Below, piece by piece: positions 58,056 to 64,000 of a stretch of 64,000 nucleotides of DNA. The translations under genes were made by a program, and so were the position numbers. The notes below the pieces were generated by a model. That model ran no database searches and had not been told where the DNA came from. It saw only the letters and a list, made by a program, of their open reading frames with translations. Every line of letters starts with the position of its first letter. The stretch's first letter is position 1. Source of the stretch: an uncultured Candidatus Saccharibacteria bacterium (GTDB taxonomy: Bacteria; Patescibacteriota; Doudnabacteria; UBA920); the NCBI GenBank assembly GCA_964521955.1, contig CAZFTX010000002.1, positions 28,785 to 92,784 on the forward strand. The letters are read 5' to 3'.

Positions 58056-59102
58056 CTATTTTATTACTATCTTTTGTTCCCTGTCTTTAGGGACAAGTTC
58101 CATCCATATTGGCCCGGGAGTAAAATTTATTTCATTTTCAAACTCGTCGTAAAACCTTGTTCTCCCGTCTTCTTTTTTCCAAATACCTTTCATACTTACC
58201 CCGTTTAGAAAAATAACCGCTTTCCCACCGGAATTTAAGTCTATATCTACGGAAAGTAAAGGATCTTTGGGCACTGGTGTAACTTCCACAATTTGTAGAA
58301 CTATATTTTTTGCAACTATTTGCTTGCCTGTGTTTTCGTCTATGTGCGGTTGAAAATACTGCAAACGGCTATATTCATTTGTTTCTTTGTTATATTCCCA
58401 AGTAACTTCATACCCCGGACGAGAGAAATCTATAAAAATACTTTTTACTGTGGTGGTTGGAAGCTCCCCCGCTTCTTGAAACCGCCAGGGACTAAAAGTG
58501 GCTTTGGCTTCGTACTTGTAAAAGCTTATTAAATCCCGAAGTTTCGAAGTTGATGTAAAAATATGGTGAGGTTGTACTTTTCCTTTTTTTCTGGGAAAGT
58601 AATCAAAATTAAAGTATTCGTTTGCATCGTCTAAATTTTTATACTTCCCGTTTTTTAACTGAGCAATAACTTCATTGCTTCCGCCCACATGAGCGTAAAG
58701 CGCGTGCCATTCGTCTGCAATTTCTGCGTAATATTCCCTAGCACTTCTCACAGGTCCAATACTTGAAACTTCCTGAGCTTGAAAAATAGCTAAAAAGCGA
58801 GTTATTCCCCCTTCAGACAAAGCTTCGTAAACTATGTCTGCTTGCGAAAGTCCCGACTGAGGCCAAGAATCCGGATGATTTTCTACCATAACTGCTAAAG
58901 GCCTTAACTGGGAGAGTTCTTTGGAAACCTGCATACCGTTTACAGAATAAAATTTTTCTTCTTGTTCTTGTAAAACCGGCGTGTTTAATGCACGTTTTTT
59001 TTCATACTTAGAAAAAAAGATTAATATTACGCTTAAAAAAATAATCCCTGCTATACAGACAATGGTAATTTTAGTGCTTTTTGAAAGTTTTTTCAATTTC
59101 AT
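58056..59102 (-). CDS. DUF3048-family (YerB-like) membrane-anchored protein
   Basis: N-terminal transmembrane segment. PLAVMVENHPDSWPQSGLSQADIVYE...GGITRFLAIF resembles DUF3048. Confidence 0.55.
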   Translation of the reverse strand: MKLKKLSKSTKITIVCIAGIIFLSVILIFFSKYEKKRALNTPVLQEQEEKFYSVNGMQVSKELSQLRPLAVMVENHPDSWPQSGLSQADIVYEALSEGGITRFLAIFQAQEVSSIGPVRSAREYYAEIADEWHALYAHVGGSNEVIAQLKNGKYKNLDDANEYFNFDYFPRKKGKVQPHHIFTSTSKLRDLISFYKYEAKATFSPWRFQEAGELPTTTVKSIFIDFSRPGYEVTWEYNKETNEYSRLQYFQPHIDENTGKQIVAKNIVLQIVEVTPVPKDPLLSVDIDLNSGGKAVIFLNGVSMKGIWKKEDGRTRFYDEFENEINFTPGPIWMELVPKDREQKIVIK

Positions 59103-59120
59103 TTAAATATTTTAGCATAA

Positions 59121-59155
59121 AAAAGCGAAGAGGACGGGAACCTACGGTAGGTTCG
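59121..59155 (-). terminator. Terminator hairpin GAGGACG-GGAACCTAC-gg-TAGGTTC-g-CGTCCTC plus T-run (minus strand), 3' of islet-4 ORF 1
   Basis: Read directly. Confidence 0.6.
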
Positions 59156-59201
59156 CGTCCTCGGATGTTCTCGTGCATATGACGCTGTTGTATGACTGGT
59201 G

Positions 59202-59534
59202 TCACTTCAGCTGCATGAATGAGGGTAAGTGATTCCTGCGAAAGTCACCAATCAACTTAGGATCCATAAATCGGAAACCCAATTTGTTTGCCACTTCAGC
59301 AATGCCATTGGTGCTCACCACGATGATTTGGGGTTTCCCCATGAGATTCATCTTAGAAACCCTTTCCAAAAGGGAGGAATCTTTGGTGTACAACAACAGT
59401 AGTTTGCACCCAGAGATTTTCTCTTTGTCGGGACTCAGAAACTCAATCTCCCCCTGAAATTGGATTGGTAATTCACAGGCAAGCCAATGAACTACTGCCA
59501 GGTTCGCTCCTTCACCACACACGGCAACTTTCAT
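59202..59534 (-). CDS. Islet-4 hypothetical protein 1 (110 aa from MKVAVCGEG)
   Basis: GAGGAGG 5 nt before ATG. GC-rich. Weak N-terminal similarity (MKV..GEIE) to the neighbouring ORF. Confidence 0.45.
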   Translation of the reverse strand: MKVAVCGEGANLAVVHWLACELPIQFQGEIEFLSPDKEKISGCKLLLLYTKDSSLLERVSKMNLMGKPQIIVVSTNGIAEVANKLGFRFMDPKLIGDFRRNHLPSFMQLK

Positions 59535-59812
59535 TTCGTCCTCCTCAGGATGTTTTCTCACAAAAAAATAACTCCGAAATTCGGAGTTATATTACTGGGA
59601 GAAAAATATATTGATTACCGCTGTTTGGGCGGTTTTTTGTTCTGAAATTCTGTTTTATTGAATCTCTTTTCATGTAGTTCTTAAAAAGCAGAATACACCA
59701 ACTAAAACCTTATGTCAAATTTTTATCTGCGGATAAACGAATTAATACAAGATTACACTGATAAAAAGAACCTCGCGGACAAGCCGCGAGGCGAGAAAGT
59801 ACAAAGGAGTCT

Positions 59813-60061
59813 TTACTCTCGAAGAATGCGAAATTCGAATCCGCAAAGTGCGCTAATGTCGTTCTGGGTGATTCCATTCTCGTTTGGCAACAAGCACAAA
59901 ACGCGACCTATTTCACCCGGCTCAATGGCCTGAACGAAAAACCTAACAGGTTCCCGGTTAAAGGCCTCAACAGATACTTCAGAGCCGACATAAGGCAGCT
60001 CTTTCAATTCAATCTCCCCATGAAGATCTGGAGGCCCTAAAACAATGATTGGCACTTTCAT
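59813..60061 (-). CDS. Islet-4 hypothetical protein 2 (82 aa from MKVPIIVLG)
   Basis: AAGGAGAG 5 nt before ATG. Terminator hairpins CCTCGCGG-acaag-CCGCGAGG (59771-59791) and AACTCCGAA-at-TTCGGAGTT (59570-59588) follow on the minus strand. Confidence 0.45.
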   Translation of the reverse strand: MKVPIIVLGPPDLHGEIELKELPYVGSEVSVEAFNREPVRFFVQAIEPGEIGRVLCLLPNENGITQNDISALCGFEFRILRE

Positions 60062-60140
60062 CAAGTCTCTCCTTTACAGAACCAGAATAACACAAATACT
60101 CCAATACTAGCGAGTATTGGAGTATTTGTTGATTAATATA

Positions 60141-60596
60141 CTAAATACTTTTTTGTTCTAAAGGTTTATTTCGTAAAAGGATTGCCATAACCGCGGCAAT
60201 TAAGGCAAGATTTTTAATTATATACTGGCCTTCCAAAGTAGGGACAAAAGCTTTTTGCCAACCAACTTCAGGTAAAAACACCAAAGGCATGAAAGTAGTT
60301 ATCATATGTAATACAAACAAAACTGCAACAAAACTGGTCAACTTTGGAAACAAAAATAAAATGCCTATGAGCATTTCAAATAATGCAAAAAGTACTATAA
60401 ACTGGGAAAAAGTTAGAAAAGGCAAAGTTTTATGCTGTAAGTCGGAAACTAAAGGATTAGCAGGACTTATATCTATAATTTTTAGAAAACCAAACCAAAA
60501 ATAAATAACAAACAAAGCAAACCTGGCAAAAGCACTGTAATGCTTCTGACAAAAAGAAACTACTTTATTTTCTAAGTTTTGTAATATTGAGTTCAT
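60141..60596 (-). CDS. DoxX-like membrane protein (151 aa, 4 transmembrane segments)
   Basis: Hydrophobicity pattern. A 13-bp perfect-stem terminator (60093-60122) follows. Confidence 0.4.
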   Translation of the reverse strand: MNSILQNLENKVVSFCQKHYSAFARFALFVIYFWFGFLKIIDISPANPLVSDLQHKTLPFLTFSQFIVLFALFEMLIGILFLFPKLTSFVAVLFVLHMITTFMPLVFLPEVGWQKAFVPTLEGQYIIKNLALIAAVMAILLRNKPLEQKSI

Positions 60597-60627
60597 ATAA
60601 ATTTATTATATCACTATTTTACTTCCA

Positions 60628-60703
60628 AATGGTCGGGATGCCGGGAATTGAACCCGGTCTACATGCACCCCATGCATGCGTACTGCCGGTATACTACATC
60701 CCG
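60628..60703 (-). tRNA. tRNA-Pro (anticodon GGG), CCA encoded
   Basis: Hand-folded cloverleaf: acceptor CGGGATG/CATCCCG, anticodon stem CATGC/GCATG with loop AUGGGGU, T-arm CCGGG-TTCAATT-CCCGG. Confidence 0.8.
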
Positions 60704-60744
60704 ATCATTTGAAAACAACAATGCTAATTATACAAAACTAACTT

Positions 60745-60840
60745 AAAATATGCGAATAAAAAAGAAAGCGCCCGGGAACTTTCTGGTCTTCAGAATCTAG
60801 CTAGGTGGTCTGAAGAACCTTACTTTTCCCGGGCACATCC
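60745..60840 (-). terminator. Long imperfect hairpin (GCCCGGGAA...TTCCCGGGC with inner GGTCTTCAGA/TCTGAAGAACC) plus TTTCTTTTTTATT on the minus strand. Terminator of the islet-5 genes.
   Basis: Read directly. Confidence 0.5.
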
Positions 60841-60941
60841 GCAAGGTCGCTATGTCTACTGGTACGGCTCCACGAAAGAGCCTGCTTGGTGGAAACAAAG
60901 CGCCTTACGAAACTTGAAGATGATGAGTATTTAAAGAGTGC

Positions 60942-61151
60942 TTAGTCCATGCGCTCTTCCCAGCCTTTGCGGTCGCGGACTTGTTGCATCTCTACACACC
61001 TCTCAGTGAGGCTAGTGTTTGCAGGCTTTTGATGGCTGGTGCTCATTTGTTTCAGCCTGCCAAGCTTTTCTGTAGCGGCAGTTGCCTGAACGAAAATTCC
61101 CACATTTGAGGTGCCTAGAGGGACACCTCGCTCATCTCCATTCATATTCAC
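60942..61151 (-). CDS. Islet-5 hypothetical protein (69 aa)
   Basis: AGGAGG 6 nt before ATG. GC-rich. Confidence 0.4.
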   Translation of the reverse strand: MNMNGDERGVPLGTSNVGIFVQATAATEKLGRLKQMSTSHQKPANTSLTERCVEMQQVRDRKGWEERMD

Positions 61152-61417
61152 CTCCTGGTGATTGTATTTGTGATTTTGGCGGGCAGATGTATCGTAACCC
61201 TAAGGCGCTTCTCCGCAGATCCTTTGTTAAAGGGACCGCAGGGAACTATAGCCGGTAAGTTTTCGCTCTGTGGACCGAAAGGTCCGATACATTCGCACTT
61301 TCGTGCCCTGCCCATACTTGTAGGACGATTCCTGGTTTTCAGGACCGTCCGAATCTTTGCAAGCTTGAATGCTCGCGACTTTGTATAAAAATCATTTTTA
61401 CACAATGTCTCAAGCAC
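61148..61417 (-). CDS. Islet-5 ORF (89 aa, very basic). May instead be a structured leader RNA.
   Basis: ORF overlaps multiple hairpins (GGACG..CGTCC, GGACC-tttc-GGTCC). No SD. Confidence 0.2.
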   Translation of the reverse strand: MLETLCKNDFYTKSRAFKLAKIRTVLKTRNRPTSMGRARKCECIGPFGPQSENLPAIVPCGPFNKGSAEKRLRVTIHLPAKITNTITRR

Positions 61418-61749
61418 TAAATTTTTTATCCAACTTCGTTTACCTCAAGTAGACTTCGTCGATTCGCCGCTAAGATGCAAAATATTAATATTGGCGAAAA
61501 AAATACCCCTTTTTGAGGGGCAGGTTCAAATTTCTTTTCTTCTTTAAAAACCTTAACCCCTAAATTTCACAGCCCAAGACAAAGTCTTGACCAAGACCTT
61601 GCTAAATGGAATGCAAATTGGAGTAAAATGTTTATTCATACCTCGTTGGCAATATTACACCTGTTAAAAAAAGCTGTCAAATAAATTATCCACACGCCTT
61701 CGCCAAGGCTTCGGCGTGCAAGCACTCTTAATCCTTAAGATTGCATGAA

Positions 61750-62769
61750 CTAAACAGTTAAATATTCACTCCCGGAGTTTTTGTGCTCTTCACTCATTTT
61801 TTCAATAATACTGTCCAACTCCTCGTCACTAAAAAATTCAATGGTAATTTTTCCACCAATCCCCTGCCTCTGTATTCTAACCTGAGTTCCCAGCTTACCA
61901 CGAAGCTCTGTTTCCAAAGCCATTAACTTAGGGTCGGGTACGGCTGCGTCCATTTGCTTTTTCACAGTAAGCTCTCGAACTTTGTTTTCCACCTGTCTTA
62001 CGTTAAGTCCGTCCTGCAAAATTAACCTGTACATTAAAAGCATTTTGTCCGGATCAACCAAACCTAAAATTGCCCTAGCATGCCCTTCGGTAATTTTTTG
62101 TTCAATTACCGCTCTTTGAATTTCGGCAGGCAAGTTTAAAAGCCTAACTGTATTAGCCACAGCCGGGCGAGACTTGCCCACCTTTTTAGCCACCTGGTCC
62201 TGGGTCAGACTAAAAGTCTTCATTAACCTTTCGTACGCCAAAGCTTCTTCAATTGGGTTTAACTCCTGTCTCTGAATGTTTTCAATTAAAGCGACTTCCA
62301 ACTTTGTCTGGTCTACCATTTGCTCTTTAACAATAGCGGGAATTTTTTCTAAACCAGCAAGCTGTGAAGCCCTAAAACGCCTCTCCCCGACTACAATTTC
62401 AAACCCTACAGTGGTTTTAGTGACCACCACCGGCTGAATAACCCCATGTTCTTTTATGGAGTCGGCAAGTTCTTTTAAGGCTTCCGGTTCAAAAACCTTT
62501 CTTGGCTGAAAAGGGTTAGGAACTATTTTTGCAACTTCAATTTCCTGAATTTTTGCATCTTCGTAAGAAACTTTTTCGGAAACTAAATTTGGCTTTGGCA
62601 TTTCAGGCGCAAAAGCGGTTTGAGCACTTAACCCGGGGTAACCCGACGGTACAGACGAGCTTGAAACCAAACTTACCGGTTCTAAAGGCTGAATAGTAAT
62701 ATTTGGCTGTTGAGAATTTATTTCTTCCATAAAACAATAAGTCCTAGTAATACTGTAAAATTTTACCAA
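61750..62769 (-). CDS. parB: ParB/Spo0J-family partition protein with extended N-terminus
   Basis: ParB box region IVGERRFRA and HTH KVGKSRPAVANTVRLL. Confidence 0.8.
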   Translation of the reverse strand: MVKFYSITRTYCFMEEINSQQPNITIQPLEPVSLVSSSSVPSGYPGLSAQTAFAPEMPKPNLVSEKVSYEDAKIQEIEVAKIVPNPFQPRKVFEPEALKELADSIKEHGVIQPVVVTKTTVGFEIVVGERRFRASQLAGLEKIPAIVKEQMVDQTKLEVALIENIQRQELNPIEEALAYERLMKTFSLTQDQVAKKVGKSRPAVANTVRLLNLPAEIQRAVIEQKITEGHARAILGLVDPDKMLLMYRLILQDGLNVRQVENKVRELTVKKQMDAAVPDPKLMALETELRGKLGTQVRIQRQGIGGKITIEFFSDEELDSIIEKMSEEHKNSGSEYLTV

Positions 62770-62865
62770 ATTTACTGGTAAACAGCAACTTGTTAAATAT
62801 AATTTAAAGTCTTTACCTAAAGCTTAAGCTTTGCTAAAATAAGTAAGCAAATTTAATCCCCAAAA

Positions 62866-62949
62866 TGGCCGAGTGGCGGAATGGCAGACGCACGCGACTC
62901 AAAATCGCGCGGGGAAACCCATGAGGGTTCGACTCCCTCCTTGGCCACC
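62866..62949 (+). tRNA. tRNA-Leu (anticodon CAA), long variable arm, CCA encoded
   Basis: Acceptor GGCCGAG/CTTGGCC, anticodon stem CGCGA/TCGCG with loop CUCAAAA, variable arm CGGGGAAACCCATGA, T-arm GAGGG-TTCGACT-CCCTC. Confidence 0.8.
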
Positions 62950-62995
62950 AAAAAGAATTCATGCTTTTGAAAAAGCATGAATTCTTTTTTATTTT
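62950..62995 (+). terminator. Terminator AAAAGAATTCATGCTTTTT-gaaa-AAGCATGAATTCTTTT plus T-run after tRNA-Leu
   Basis: Read directly. Confidence 0.7.
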
Positions 62996-63795
62996 ATAAA
63001 ATATACCAACAAGACTATTGCAGCGACTATTAACCTATACCAGGTAAAAACTTTAAAGTCATTGTTAGAAAGATATTTGAGCAAAAATTTAATTGCCAAA
63101 AAACCAAACACAGCAGAAGACAAAAGACCTGCCCAAAACTCAATTGTTGCCGCCCCATTTTTAAATTCATTTACTTTCACCAAACCTGCCCCGAAAATAA
63201 TTGGTATGGACATTAAGAAAGAAAACCGGGCTGCGTCTGCGCGTTTAAAACCTAAAGCTAAGCCTGTTGCCATGGTGCTACCACTTCTAGAAACTCCGGG
63301 AATAATCGCTAAGGCTTGGCTTAAGCCAATGAGCAAAGAATCTTTTAAAGTTACTTTATTTAAGTTTTTTTCTTTTTTACCTAACCTGTCCACAACGAAA
63401 ATTACCACACCAAACACACTTAAAGTTAAAGCAACCAACAACGGATTTCTAAAACCTTTTTCTGCTTGTTTTTCTAAAAGCATTCCTACTACTGCTCCGG
63501 GTATACTCGCCGCTATTATTAGCCAAGAAAGTTTTTGATAAATATTATTTTCAAAATCACGACTAACTATAAAAAGTGAATGCCAAAAACCTTTTGCCAA
63601 AAGCCAAATATCGTTTTTAAAATAAACCAAAACTGAAAGCAAGGTACCCATGTGCAAAGCGACACTAAACCCTAAACCTTTGTCCTCCCAACCAAAAAGC
63701 CAAGGGACAAAAACTAAATGGCCCGAAGAAGAAATAGGTAAAAATTCACCCAAACCTTGAACCATCCCCAAAATAATTGACTGAAATATATCCAC
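62989..63795 (-). CDS. uppP: Undecaprenyl-diphosphatase
   Basis: MDIFQSIILGMVQGLGEFLPISSSGHL N-terminus, 268 aa. Confidence 0.85.
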   Translation of the reverse strand: MDIFQSIILGMVQGLGEFLPISSSGHLVFVPWLFGWEDKGLGFSVALHMGTLLSVLVYFKNDIWLLAKGFWHSLFIVSRDFENNIYQKLSWLIIAASIPGAVVGMLLEKQAEKGFRNPLLVALTLSVFGVVIFVVDRLGKKEKNLNKVTLKDSLLIGLSQALAIIPGVSRSGSTMATGLALGFKRADAARFSFLMSIPIIFGAGLVKVNEFKNGAATIEFWAGLLSSAVFGFLAIKFLLKYLSNNDFKVFTWYRLIVAAIVLLVYFIK

Positions 63796-63805
63796 GCAAT
63801 TTTTT

Positions 63806-64000
63806 TTAGCTAATAAATTTTCGAATTATTGTGCCGGCTAAAACACCAACCACCGCTCCAGCTAAAACATCGGAAACGTAATGCACGCCTGAAATCACCC
63901 TGGATATTCCAACCATTAAACCAATAATTCCGGTAAGCACGGCTAATTTACCGTTTATTGGATAAATATATGCCGCAACTGAAAAAAGCACGGCTGTATG
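63806..64000 (-). CDS. PAP2-family phosphatase, C-terminal part (gene runs off the window end)
   Basis: SGH...D motif region RVISGVHYVSDV. Confidence 0.5.
   Translation of the reverse strand, partial: HTAVLFSVAAYIYPINGKLAVLTGIIGLMVGISRVISGVHYVSDVLAGAVVGVLAGTIIRKFIS

Noticed and set aside
60740-61440. RNase P RNA or tmRNA in the GC-rich segment next to tRNA-Pro
   Set aside because: No GGAAAGUCCGGGCUCC P4 motif, no tRNA-like 3' end with an ANDENYALAA-type tag frame. The segment contains an SD-preceded ORF and a terminator, fitting a small protein-coding islet.
1-64000. Transposase/integrase genes that would make the islets or repeats autonomous mobile elements
   Set aside because: No ORF with DDE, HUH (IS200/IS605) or tyrosine/serine recombinase motifs found in any frame. 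The repeats are therefore non-autonomous at best.

Overview
This 64 kb window comes from a low-GC bacterium with a streamlined genome, and nearly all genes are on the minus strand. Several traits (split transketolase, GxxExxY insertions, VirB4-like ATPase, many small membrane proteins, no Shine-Dalgarno sequences on core genes) suggest a Patescibacteria/CPR-like lineage, but that placement is inference. Recognisable content: a two-component pair, dinB, mreB, RNase H, recJ, a glycolysis/pentose-phosphate cluster (gpmI, pgk, gap, PfkB kinase, transketolase split into N and C subunits, rpe, rpiB, tpiA, galT), ruvX, dnaX, a VirB4-like ATPase cluster, secY, the S10-spc ribosomal protein operon running through rpsJ, then tuf-fusA-rpsG-rpsL, rpmB, parB, uppP, tRNA-Pro(GGG) and tRNA-Leu(CAA).

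Things the gene list does not explain:
(1) Five short islets with visibly higher GC (about 3.66-4.86 kb, 27.14-28.82 kb, 56.33-56.75 kb, 59.1-60.08 kb, 60.74-61.44 kb). Their small unrecognisable ORFs carry canonical AGGAGG Shine-Dalgarno sites and clean hairpin terminators, whereas native genes, including ribosomal protein genes, have no SD. The 27-28.8 kb islet is the strongest candidate for a novel system. It has a consensus TTGACA-17-TATAAT promoter, two novel proteins (one with four transmembrane helices) and, between them, a hairpin-rich ~375 nt region with two hairpin-plus-40-nt direct-repeat modules.
(2) Three families of ~100 nt intergenic repeat elements. Two families occur 8 and 5 times, only in ribosomal-operon spacers and always in the same orientation. 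A third is shared in inverted orientation between the dnaX leader and an unusually long rpsJ-rplC spacer.
(3) Octamer/heptamer microsatellite-like arrays and a recurrent CTGATCAG-containing motif.
(4) Two GxxExxY-family genes inserted into the glycolytic cluster.

No CRISPR array, rRNA or transposase gene was seen.
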